From: Porticoccaceae bacterium
GTDB taxonomy: Bacteria > Pseudomonadota > Gammaproteobacteria > Pseudomonadales > Porticoccaceae
DNA: 64,000 nt
NCBI GenBank assembly: GCA_041584755.1
Contig: JBFHDK010000003.1
Span: 12,073 to 76,072, forward strand
Direction: 5' to 3'
Numbering within the stretch: the first letter of the stretch is position 1; each line of letters begins with the position of its first letter. Position numbers and translations under genes: made by a program. Positions 1 to 8,874 of this stretch are shown here, in pieces. The notes beneath the pieces are model-generated. The model ran no database searches. It was not told the origin of the DNA and saw nothing but the letters and a program-made list of their open reading frames with translations.

Positions 1-616
1 GGTGGAGGACGTTTGCTGGGAAGGCAACCTGCCTACTAATCTTCCGTGGACGCGATGGCAATTAGCTGTCCTGCCGAGCTAATTTCATGCATCCGGGGCA
101 TTATTCCTGCGTAACTAGGGCGACACCGCTTAAGCGTGATGACTTGTTTGAATCCTCGCACTTGTCGCTTCAACCGTGGAAGTGGTGCCTGAAAAATGGT
201 GATGGTTGTACCCAATAGCCGGTAGTTAAAGCGAAAGCCACGCAGGCCAGGGAATTACCATGCTGGTTTTACGAGGCGACGTACTTTGGCTAAGGACTTC
301 ACCAGTCACCGTCCTTATGGGCGAATTGATATGGCTAAATGCAGGGTTGCGTTGGCAACTCACGCGTTCTGCTTCGCCGTAACTGTCTAAGCCTTCCATG
401 TAAGCCCCTTAGCTCGATTAACTAGGTTTTTTACGTCGCCGAAGTCAATGATCTAGACAGGCGGATGGCGATGCTGAGCTAGATACAGTAGTACCGCGAA
501 TTGGTGAGCGGATATTTGGTGATGTGGTTTTTCGTGCTACCGTTGTGACGTTTCAAGGAGGGTTGCCAGCCGGTGGTCTATATGGCTGGTCTAGCTTGAA
601 ATAGGAGTCATTCATA

Positions 617-826
617 ATGCGCATACTATTTTTGCTGGTTGTGCTGGGTATTGTGTTCTTTTTGGTTAAGCAGCAGCTGGAGGTGAACACCCCGCCCGCT
701 AGCGCGGATAGCCAGGCCGGGCCAGTGCCCTATGGCAGTGAGCTGGAAAAGACGCGTGCGGTGGAGGATTTTATGCGTGAACATGCCGATGAGCGACTCA
801 GGCAGGCTGATGAATTAACGCGTTAG
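617..826 (+). CDS. small hypothetical membrane-anchored protein (69 aa)
   Basis: ATG with AGGAG at 603-607. N-terminal hydrophobic helix MRILFLLVVLGIVFFLV followed by a charged tail. No family recognised. Confidence 0.4.
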   Translation: MRILFLLVVLGIVFFLVKQQLEVNTPPASADSQAGPVPYGSELEKTRAVEDFMREHADERLRQADELTR

Positions 827-888
827 GGAACGCAGAAAAGGTGCCCGATAAATACTCGTAGTTTGGTGGTGCGCTAAGGATATAAGCG

Positions 889-2067
889 GTGAAAAACGGT
901 AAAAACGTTTGGCTATTGATGGTCTGTCAGGCGCTGACCATGTCCATTCCTTCGTTTATGGTGTTTCTGGCCAGCATTATCGGCCAGACCCTGGCGCCGG
1001 ATCCTGGTTACGCCACCTTGCCCGTGGGTGCTTTTTTACTTGGCTCCGCCCTGGGAACCCTACCAGTGATTCTGGCCATGCGCCGTTGGGGCCGCAAGGC
1101 GATATTTATCATGTGTTCCTTGATAGCCGGTATCGGTGGATTGCTGGCGATAGCGGCCCTGATGAAATCGCATTTCCCCCTTTTTGTTGCCGCTGGCATG
1201 GTGTTGGGCTTTGGCCTCGCCGCTGGTCAGCAATACCGGTTTGCGGCGATGGAGAGTGTAGATGCCCCGGATATGCCCAAAGCCGCTTCACGCGTATTAA
1301 TCGGCGGCATTATCGCGGCTTTTCTGGGTCCGGAGATTGCTATTCGCGGGGAATCTTTGTTAGGTACGCCATACGTAGGTTCGTTCGCTCTGTTACTGGT
1401 GGTAATCGCCATGGCGACACTGGTGCTTTTGTTCTTCGTCGAGCCTCAATCCACTAACCAGAGCGCGCAAGGTGAGGCGCGGCCCTGGGGCAATATTCTG
1501 TCCCAGCCGGTTATCTGGGTGGCGGTGTTGTCCGGTCTCACCGCATTCGCGGTGATGAGTACGGTGATGACGGCCACACCTCTGCATATGCATTTCGAAA
1601 ATGGTCACAGTCTGGTGGATACCAAGTGGGTGATTCAGTCCCACATTGTTGCCATGTTTTTACCCTCGCTGGTGGTGCCGATGATTGTTAGCCGCATTGG
1701 CGAGGTGGGTCTGATTGGATTGGGTGTTGGGGCGTTCGTAGCCTCATTGGCGGTGATTTTTTCCGACTACGAGTTTATTAATTACTGGCTCTCGCTGGTG
1801 TTGCTGGGCCTGGGCTGGAATTTTCTGTTTATCGGCGGGACAACCCTGTTGCCTCAGGGTTATCGGGATAGCGAACGCTTTAAAGTGCAGGCCTTTAATG
1901 ATTTTACGATTTTTGGCGTGCAATCCACTGGCGCCTTGATGGCTGGTTGGCTGCTGGCGCGCTTCGGTTGGCAGTATTTGCTGTTGGGCATGTTGCCCAT
2001 ACTGGCGATGTTGGTGCTGACTGTGGTGTATTGGCGAACCGCTAGAGCTTCCGTTGTTAGCGCCTGA
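889..2067 (+). CDS. MFS transporter
   Basis: 392 aa, about 12 hydrophobic segments. MFS-type loop motif LAMRRWGRK after TM2. GTG start with AAGGA upstream. Confidence 0.8.
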   Translation: MKNGKNVWLLMVCQALTMSIPSFMVFLASIIGQTLAPDPGYATLPVGAFLLGSALGTLPVILAMRRWGRKAIFIMCSLIAGIGGLLAIAALMKSHFPLFVAAGMVLGFGLAAGQQYRFAAMESVDAPDMPKAASRVLIGGIIAAFLGPEIAIRGESLLGTPYVGSFALLLVVIAMATLVLLFFVEPQSTNQSAQGEARPWGNILSQPVIWVAVLSGLTAFAVMSTVMTATPLHMHFENGHSLVDTKWVIQSHIVAMFLPSLVVPMIVSRIGEVGLIGLGVGAFVASLAVIFSDYEFINYWLSLVLLGLGWNFLFIGGTTLLPQGYRDSERFKVQAFNDFTIFGVQSTGALMAGWLLARFGWQYLLLGMLPILAMLVLTVVYWRTARASVVSA

Positions 2068-2083
2068 GATTTATATCAGCATT

Positions 2084-2112
2084 AAAAAAACCCCGTTAGA
2101 ACGGGGTTTTTT
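2084..2112. terminator. bidirectional rho-independent terminator between convergent genes
   Basis: AAAAAAA-CCCCGT-taga-ACGGGG-TTTTTT: a perfect stem flanked by an A-run and a T-run, between the MFS stop (2067) and the SDR stop (2139). Confidence 0.7.
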
Positions 2113-2138
2113 ATGCGTGTTACAAAACACGGTTGTGT

Positions 2139-2936
2139 CTAGCCGATCATGCTGTAGCCACCGCTGACGCTGAGCACTTGTCCGGTGATAAAGCCAGCGG
2201 CTTTCTGAGAGGATAAAAATACCACGGCGTTGGCAATATCGCCGGGCTTGCCGATGCGCTTGAGCGGCAGGGATTTGGCGATGGCGGCGAATTGGTCCTC
2301 GGTGAACATGGCGTCCTTGACCGCCCACATGCTGTTTTCACTGGTCTCGTCGGTGCTATCGGGTACGGTAACGCCGGGGCACACGCAGTTACACCGAATG
2401 TTGCTGCGGCCGTTTTCCTTGGCCACGGTTTTCATAAAGCTGTTAGTGGCGGCCTTGAGGCCACCGTACACCGCCTCTCGGGGCTCGCCCTGGCGGCTGG
2501 CGTCGGAGCTGATGGAGACGATGGAACCGCCGTCGCCAGGAATCATGTAATCCAGCGCGGTTTTGGTGCAGTTGAGATTGCCCACGTAGTTAATTTTGAT
2601 GAGCTTATCCCATAAGTCCGGCGTGGTTTGGGTGAAGAACATCAGTTTGTCCCAACCAACATTGTTAACCAGACAATTGACGCCGCCGTAGGCGTCGGAG
2701 GCCTGTTTAAACAGGTTTTCCACGCTACTCAGATCCGTCACATCGGTTTTTATGACTTGCGCATCGGGCGCGCCCTGTTGTTTGGCCAGGGCGGCGACGC
2801 GCTCACCGGCCTCGGTGTCCAGGTCGGCGATGGTGATATTGGCGCCTTCCTCGGCGAATTTAAGCACGATAGCGCGACCGATATTGGAGGCGCCCCCGGT
2901 GACGATGACGGATTTGTTGTTCAGATCCAGGTCCAT
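2139..2936 (-). CDS. SDR-family oxidoreductase, BadH-like (2-hydroxycyclohexanecarboxyl-CoA dehydrogenase-like)
   Basis: 265 aa. TGGASNIGRA cofactor motif, NNVGWD, Y-x3-K (AVYGGLKAA), C-terminal FITGQVLSVSGG. First gene downstream of a BadI-like hydrolase. Confidence 0.75.
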   Translation of the reverse strand: MDLDLNNKSVIVTGGASNIGRAIVLKFAEEGANITIADLDTEAGERVAALAKQQGAPDAQVIKTDVTDLSSVENLFKQASDAYGGVNCLVNNVGWDKLMFFTQTTPDLWDKLIKINYVGNLNCTKTALDYMIPGDGGSIVSISSDASRQGEPREAVYGGLKAATNSFMKTVAKENGRSNIRCNCVCPGVTVPDSTDETSENSMWAVKDAMFTEDQFAAIAKSLPLKRIGKPGDIANAVVFLSSQKAAGFITGQVLSVSGGYSMIG

Positions 2937-3001
2937 TGCTGATTACCTCTTGTATATTCTGTGTGTTCCGTGTCGCTCTGATGCGACGGTTTTGGCCCGT
3001 A

Positions 3002-3784
3002 TTATTTGACGTATTTTCGGAATTCCGGTGGCCGTTTTTCATTCAGGGCATTGACGCCTTCCCGGGACTCGTCAGTGTCGTAATACAGTTTCAGGGCTTG
3101 CAGACCGAGGCTGCCGATGCCGCGAATATTCTCGGTAGCGGCGACAAAGGAGCGCTTGGCGATGGCGATGGCGGTGGGGCTGCGTTGGGCCAGCTCCGCG
3201 CACCAGGCGGCGATTTCCTCGTCCAGTTTGTCGTCGGGCACGACGGCGTTAATCAGGCCCATCTCCAGGGCTTCCTGGGCGCTGTAGCGTCGGCACATGT
3301 ACCAGATTTCCCGGGCTTTCTTTTCACCTACCACGTGGGCGAGGTAGGCGGTGCCGAAACCGGGGTCCACCGAGCCCATTTTCGGACCGACCTGGCCGAA
3401 CTGGGCACTTTCAGAAGCGATGGTCATATCGCACAACGTGGCCAGTACGTTGCCGCCACCAATGGCATAGCCCTGAACCCGGGCGATGACTGGCTTGGGC
3501 ACATCGCGAATAATGGTGTGCAGTTCTTCCACCGGCAGGCCAATGGTGCCGCGGCCGTCGTACTGACCATCGTGGGAGGATTGGTCGCCGCCGGTACAGA
3601 ACGCTTTGTCGCCGGCGCCGCCAAAAACGATGGCGGCAATGTCGTTGTCCCAACCGGCTTTTTGGAAGGCGTGGATCAGCTCCTCACAGGTGGTGCCGCG
3701 AAAGGCGTTATAAACTTCCGGTCGGTTAATGGTGATATAGGCGGTTGCGTCTTTGACTTCGTAAATAATGTCCTGGTAGTCCAT
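3002..3784 (-). CDS. crotonase-superfamily enzyme of the MenB/BadI type (2-ketocyclohexanecarboxyl-CoA hydrolase-like)
   Basis: Start placed at internal ATG 3784 (MDYQDIIYEV...). FCTGGDQS..DGRG, VQGYAIGGGNVLATLCD, GPKMGSVDPGFG and the C-terminal YYDTDESREGVNALNEKRPPEFRKY tail are typical of the MenB/BadI subgroup. Confidence 0.75.
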   Translation of the reverse strand: MDYQDIIYEVKDATAYITINRPEVYNAFRGTTCEELIHAFQKAGWDNDIAAIVFGGAGDKAFCTGGDQSSHDGQYDGRGTIGLPVEELHTIIRDVPKPVIARVQGYAIGGGNVLATLCDMTIASESAQFGQVGPKMGSVDPGFGTAYLAHVVGEKKAREIWYMCRRYSAQEALEMGLINAVVPDDKLDEEIAAWCAELAQRSPTAIAIAKRSFVAATENIRGIGSLGLQALKLYYDTDESREGVNALNEKRPPEFRKYVK

Positions 3785-3870
3785 CGTCTTGTTTGTCTCC
3801 GGGTCGTGGGTGGATGTGCCTGGCCGTGTCTCGCTCGCTGGCACTGGCTTGTTTGCCGTCTTGGGAATAA

Positions 3871-4650
3871 TTACTTGAATTGGGGTTCGCGCTTTTCCAG
3901 AAAAGCGGTGGTGCCTTCCCGCACGTCGTCGCTCATCAGCGCCGGGCAGGCCAGGTCCATTTCCAGTTGCAGACTGGCGTCGAGGTTTAGCTCCAGACCC
4001 CGGTTAACCAGGGTTTTCATGGTCGCAAGGCCTGCGGCACTGCGTTTTGTCAGGCCCTCGCAGTAATCGATAGCCGCTTGTTGCAGCTCTTCGTCGGCGA
4101 CTACGTAGTTGACCAGCCCCCAGTCCAGGGCTTCCCGCGCCTTGATCCAGCGGGCGCTGAAAAACAGGTCCATGGCCCGGCGGCGTCCAATCAAACGGCT
4201 CAGGCGCTGGCTACCGCCCCAGCCGGGTACCAGGCCGAACTGGGCGTGCTGATCGCCACACTGGGCGCTTTCGCCAGCAAAAACCACGTCGGCGGACATC
4301 ATCAGTTCCAGACCGCCGGCCAGGGCCAGGCCCTGTTGCGCGAGGACTACCGGCAGCGCGGAATTTTCCAGTCGACGCAGGGTGTCGAGGCCGGTGGCGA
4401 GAAACGTTTTGGTGGCGTTTTCGTCTTGGGTAAAACCGGAAACTTCCTGGAGGTCGGCGCCGGTACAGAAGTGCTTGCCGTTGGCGTTGATCAGCAAGCA
4501 TCGGATATCGGCGTCGTTTTCAAATTCATCCAGCGCTGCGTTGATGCCCTGGTGAACCGCCATGGACAGACAGTTGAATTGCGCGGGTCGGTTGAGGGTG
4601 ATGATGCCCACCCGGTTTTTCTTTTCACTCAGTACAACCGCTTCTGACAT
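3871..4650 (-). CDS. enoyl-CoA hydratase/isomerase family protein (BadK-like position)
   Basis: Start at ATG 4650 (MSEAVVLSEKK). Crotonase motifs FCTGADL and ALAGGLELMMSADV. C-terminal EGTTAFLEKREPQFK. Confidence 0.8.
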   Translation of the reverse strand: MSEAVVLSEKKNRVGIITLNRPAQFNCLSMAVHQGINAALDEFENDADIRCLLINANGKHFCTGADLQEVSGFTQDENATKTFLATGLDTLRRLENSALPVVLAQQGLALAGGLELMMSADVVFAGESAQCGDQHAQFGLVPGWGGSQRLSRLIGRRRAMDLFFSARWIKAREALDWGLVNYVVADEELQQAAIDYCEGLTKRSAAGLATMKTLVNRGLELNLDASLQLEMDLACPALMSDDVREGTTAFLEKREPQFK

Positions 4651-4704
4651 GTTTTCTGTTTCCCTGGTTTGTGATGGGTTGAGAGTGTGGCGCAACCCGC
4701 TTGT

Positions 4705-5850
4705 TTAGTCGACCTTGCCAACATACGTTCTGGCAATCACCATTTTCATAATGTGGGCGGTGCCATCGCCAATTTGCATGCCCAGCACATCCCTCAGACG
4801 CTGGGCGAAGGGCAGTTCCTCGCTGTAGCCGCCATGGCCGTGGATGAGCAGGCATTGCTGGGTAATATCAAAGGCCAGTTTCGGCGCCCACCATTTGGCC
4901 ATGGCGGCCTCCTTGGTGTGGTCAAGCCCCTTGGATTTTAACCACAGGGCTTTCAGACAGACCATGCGGGCGCCTTCCAACTGGGTTTCCGCCTCGGCCA
5001 GCGGGAAGGTAATGCCCTGGTTGGCGGCCAGCGGTTTACCAAAGGTTTCCCGTTCCTGAATAAACTGCCAGGTCTCGTCCAGACATTTGCGCGCCACTGC
5101 CAGGCATTGCAGGCCGATCAGGGCGCGGCTGAAGTCGAAACCCTGCATAACCTGGATAAAGCCCTTGCCCTCCTCGCCGACCCGGTAACGGGCGTCAATG
5201 CGCACATCATCAAAATAAAGGGAGCCGCGGCCGACGGCTTTTTCGCCCAGGTCATCAAAGCGGCCCCGAGTGATGCCCGGGCTATTAAGGTCGACGACAA
5301 AGGCGGAAATCCCCCGCGCCCGGTCCTCGCGGCTGCCGGTGCGGGCAAAGATCAGGCAGATGTCGGCCTGCTCGGCCATGGAAATGGAGGTTTTCTCCCC
5401 GTTGAGGATATAGCTGTCGCCATCGCGGTTTGCGTCCAAAATCAGGTTGGCGGCGTCGGAGCCGCCGCGGGGTTCAGTCAGCCCAATACAGGCGATGGTT
5501 TCCCCTGAGCACATGGCGGGGAGGATCTCCTCAATGACATCGGGATGACCGTGGCGGACGATGCAGCTGGAAATCAAAGAGTGGTTAATGGGCACATAGG
5601 CCACATTCATATCGCCTTCGGCGATGATTTCGGTAATTAGCCCGGAGGTAAGGACATCCAGACCGCTGCCACCCCAGGCTTCATCCAGCTCCGGTGCGAG
5701 GAAGCCCAGCTGGCCCATTTCCCGCACCATATCCCGGTCAAAATAGCCGTCTTCTTCTCTTCGTTTATAGGCGGGGGCCAGCTTTTCGCTGGAAAACTTT
5801 CTGACGCTGTCGAGCAGTGTTTCCTGAAAATCAGAGAGGCCAAAATCCAT
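4705..5850 (-). CDS. acyl-CoA dehydrogenase
   Basis: Start at ATG 5850 (MDFGLSDFQETL...). CIGLTEPRGGSDA motif and C-terminal HGGYGYS-like IHGHGGYSEE...RDVLGMQIGDGT. Confidence 0.85.
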   Translation of the reverse strand: MDFGLSDFQETLLDSVRKFSSEKLAPAYKRREEDGYFDRDMVREMGQLGFLAPELDEAWGGSGLDVLTSGLITEIIAEGDMNVAYVPINHSLISSCIVRHGHPDVIEEILPAMCSGETIACIGLTEPRGGSDAANLILDANRDGDSYILNGEKTSISMAEQADICLIFARTGSREDRARGISAFVVDLNSPGITRGRFDDLGEKAVGRGSLYFDDVRIDARYRVGEEGKGFIQVMQGFDFSRALIGLQCLAVARKCLDETWQFIQERETFGKPLAANQGITFPLAEAETQLEGARMVCLKALWLKSKGLDHTKEAAMAKWWAPKLAFDITQQCLLIHGHGGYSEELPFAQRLRDVLGMQIGDGTAHIMKMVIARTYVGKVD

Positions 5851-6021
5851 GGGGGTTTCCGGTTGAAGTGCTTCAAACGACGGGGGCGATGGGCCGGCAT
5901 AATAGGTAGAGCTTCGAAGGCCTGTCAATCGGGTGCTAAATTTATGTACCAGGGTGTCTTAAGTTGCGCTATAGTAGTGGGCGATACACAGGATTCATAT
6001 CTAAATGATGGTGACTCTAAT

Positions 6022-6507
6022 ATGGCTCAAGCGAAACCGACGGGATCTGATATCGAGCTCGATCACGAAGAAGCCGAGCTGGCGCACAAATTTTTTTTCA
6101 GGCTGTATCAAACAATCAACCTGACGTTACGGGCTGCCAGTAAAACCCTGACGGATGTGGGGATGAGTCCTCAGCAGTGGTCAATTCTCGACTCTTTGTC
6201 CCGCCCGGGCCTACAAGAGGGGATGACTGTTAATGGTCTTGTCGATTATTTAATGGTCAGCCGGCAGAGCCTCAACGGTGTGCTCAAACGGATGGAGGAG
6301 CAGGGATACATTGAGCGTGTGGTTAATCCCGATGATTTGCGCTCACGCATGGTCAGACTCACTGATGAGGGCAAGGCGGTGTGGCGACAGGCCTTTATGA
6401 ATACCCGAAAGCTGTATACTGAAAGTCTTCAACATATGACTGATGACCAAAAGCGGGCTGCTATCGCCACCTTTGAACGTATCCAGAAAAACGTCAAAAA
6501 GCTCTAG
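6022..6507 (+). CDS. MarR-family transcriptional regulator
   Basis: Start at ATG 6022. Winged-helix core MSPQQWSILDSL...MTVNGLVDYLMVSRQSLNGVLKRMEEQGYIERV..DDLRS. Divergent from the acyl-CoA operon. Confidence 0.8.
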   Translation: MAQAKPTGSDIELDHEEAELAHKFFFRLYQTINLTLRAASKTLTDVGMSPQQWSILDSLSRPGLQEGMTVNGLVDYLMVSRQSLNGVLKRMEEQGYIERVVNPDDLRSRMVRLTDEGKAVWRQAFMNTRKLYTESLQHMTDDQKRAAIATFERIQKNVKKL

Positions 6508-6676
6508 GCCATATTTTATGAAGGGATGCGGCAGAAAGGATGCGGCACAGTCTTAGCACCAAGGTCTGGTTCACAAGGCACATTAAAGTCCATTCATCTG
6601 GTATCCCCAGGGCTGAAAGTTAAGCTCGCGGGCGGGTATGAAGTGGTTAATCCTCGCCTCGGTAGATTCCCCAACT

Positions 6677-7162
6677 ATGCCAGCGGATCAAACTCAATTT
6701 ATCAGCGACGAACAAATCCACCGGACGTGGATGGAGCGCGCGCTGACCTTGGCGGTACGCGCCGAATCCGAAGGGGAAGTGCCGGTTGGCGCGGTGGTGG
6801 TGCGCGACGGGCAAATATTGGGAGAAGGCTGGAATGCGCCGATATTAAGCGCCGACCCCACTGCCCACGCTGAAATTTGCGCATTGCGCATGGCGGCGCG
6901 GCAAGCGCAAAACTATCGGCTTCCCGGCGCCACCCTGTATGTGACCCTTGAGCCCTGCGTCATGTGCATCGGCGCTGCGATTCACAGCCGGATAGCGCGT
7001 TTGGTCTTTGCCGCCACGGAGCCTCGCGCCGGGGCGGTTGTTAGCCAGCTAAGCCTGTTGAATGAAGGTCATTTCAACCATCGAATTGAATGGGTTGGTG
7101 GTGTGCTGGCGGAGCGTTCAGCCACGTTGTTGCGGGAGTTCTTTCGTTCCCGTCGCAAATAG
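6677..7162 (+). CDS. tadA: tRNA adenosine(34) deaminase
   Basis: HAEICALR and PCVMCIGA zinc motifs. N-terminus WMERALTLAVRA..EGEVPVGAVVV parallels E. coli TadA. Start chosen at ATG 6677; the ORF is open from 6638. Confidence 0.85.
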   Translation: MPADQTQFISDEQIHRTWMERALTLAVRAESEGEVPVGAVVVRDGQILGEGWNAPILSADPTAHAEICALRMAARQAQNYRLPGATLYVTLEPCVMCIGAAIHSRIARLVFAATEPRAGAVVSQLSLLNEGHFNHRIEWVGGVLAERSATLLREFFRSRRK

Positions 7163-7191
7163 TGATTGACGGTAGCCCCTCAAGCGCAGAC

Positions 7192-8649
7192 CTATAACGG
7201 CAGGGACAGACTGCCGCCGACGTGGTTGGTAGCGGTTGGGGCTTCCTTTGCCAGTGCTTCACGTTGCACCTGCTGAATATCGTGCCACTGCAAAATACTT
7301 CTAAAGTGACGGATGTTTTTCACATACCTCACTGGCTCGTTGCCCCGTGCGTAGCCGTGTTTAACGGTCGCGTGATACTTTTTTTGCTGTAGCAGCGGCA
7401 GGTATTCGCGGACATCGCGCCAAAGATTCGGGTTGCCTTTGTGGCGCTGGGTCAGTACTCGGGCGTCTTCGAGGTGACCCATGCCAACGTTATAGGCAGC
7501 CAGTGCAAACCAGGTGCGATCGGGTTCCTTGATGGATTCTGGTAGACGCTCCCGGATCTCTACAAAATAACGGGTGCCACCCCGGATACTCTGCTCGGGA
7601 CTGAGACGGTTTTCAACCCCCAGTTCCCGGGCGGTGTCTCTGGTCAGCATCATCATGCCACGAACTCCGGTGGGCGACTTTGCTTTTGGGTTCCAGTGGG
7701 ACTCCTGATAGGCCATGGAAGCGAGCAACCGCCAGTCCAGGTCATAATCCCTCGCTGCCCGCTCGAACATTGGCCTGAACTTGGCCAGCCGCTGGTCGAT
7801 GCGACGCATGAAGAGTTGCGAGCCGGCAACGGAAAAGCTATCCGTATGATCATAGATTCGCGCTTTTAATCTCGCCAACTTGCCACTGGCGCTGAATTTT
7901 TCCAGGAACAGATTGGCTGCCTTGAGCAGGCTTGTGTCCTCATAATCGGGGAAAACCCAGGCGACGGCTTGCTCGTCAGTCAAATAGAAGCCAGTTCTGG
8001 CTTTGGGATAGAGGCTTCTATTCAATGCATAGGCGCTTGAGTCAACCACCGCGTAATCAGCCTGACCCTCGTGCACCATCTGCATGAGATCCAGCATTTC
8101 GGTATCCCGTAGCGCCTGCCACCGCAAGTCAGGGTGATTTTTGGTGAGTTGTTTAAGATGCTCGGTATGGGAACTGTTGGCTACCGCCACCAGGCGACCG
8201 CCGATGAGGTCTTCGATGGTGCTGGGGCGCGGGTCACCCATTCTATACACCAGTGCTTGTCTGACGGTTTTGTAGGGCGTCGAAAACAGCAGACGTTTTT
8301 TTCTCTGTTCGGTGATGGTTAAGCCAGCACCCGCAAAGTGGCCCCGGGGGCCGCCAACGGCATGAAACAGAGCATCCAGATTTTCTATCAGGTGGACTTC
8401 AAGGTTCACACCCAGATGGTCGGCAAAAGCCTTGGCCAGCAGGTATTCAAAGCCGTTGGGTCCCCTGGCATCTTCAAAATAGGTGGTTGGCCCGACGAAG
8501 GTGATCATCCGCAGGATGCCTTCTTTCTGTACTTGTTCAAGTACTGACTGAGCTCCGCTGGTAGAAAGGTTCAGTGCGAGTGTGCACAGCAATGCCACGA
8601 CTACCAGTCGCCGCACGGTTATCTTTGTTGCTCGCAGTGATCGCGCCAA
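7192..8649 (-). CDS. mltF: membrane-bound lytic murein transglycosylase F
   Basis: 485 aa. Signal/anchor, then a periplasmic solute-binding-like domain, then an SLT domain (AYQESHWNP...AYNVGMGH). Divergent from purL as in other gammaproteobacteria. TTG start. Confidence 0.85.
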   Translation of the reverse strand: MARSLRATKITVRRLVVVALLCTLALNLSTSGAQSVLEQVQKEGILRMITFVGPTTYFEDARGPNGFEYLLAKAFADHLGVNLEVHLIENLDALFHAVGGPRGHFAGAGLTITEQRKKRLLFSTPYKTVRQALVYRMGDPRPSTIEDLIGGRLVAVANSSHTEHLKQLTKNHPDLRWQALRDTEMLDLMQMVHEGQADYAVVDSSAYALNRSLYPKARTGFYLTDEQAVAWVFPDYEDTSLLKAANLFLEKFSASGKLARLKARIYDHTDSFSVAGSQLFMRRIDQRLAKFRPMFERAARDYDLDWRLLASMAYQESHWNPKAKSPTGVRGMMMLTRDTARELGVENRLSPEQSIRGGTRYFVEIRERLPESIKEPDRTWFALAAYNVGMGHLEDARVLTQRHKGNPNLWRDVREYLPLLQQKKYHATVKHGYARGNEPVRYVKNIRHFRSILQWHDIQQVQREALAKEAPTATNHVGGSLSLPL

Positions 8650-8874
8650 GTGCTTGTACCAGTGCCTGATAAGTTCGGGTTAGTGAGGTGGTTTCAGAAG
8701 ACCATTTTACCTGCTTCCGGCCCCCGACGACTTAACAATGTGTCGAGGCAAGGTGGTTGACTATTGGTCCTTGGCCAACGCTACATCACTTCTCCCAGAT
8801 CAAGTACAATGACTGCGCGGCGCGATCCACACGATCAATCCGAACCCGGTTCCACCTGTTTTTGAGAATTGCTG

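Noticed and set aside
2936-4066. 376-aa plus-strand ORF spanning the two crotonase genes.
   Set aside because: It is antisense to two well-supported genes. The translation is Gly/Ala/Val-rich and low in complexity, and it has no SD. This is the typical mirror-frame artefact of GC-rich coding DNA.
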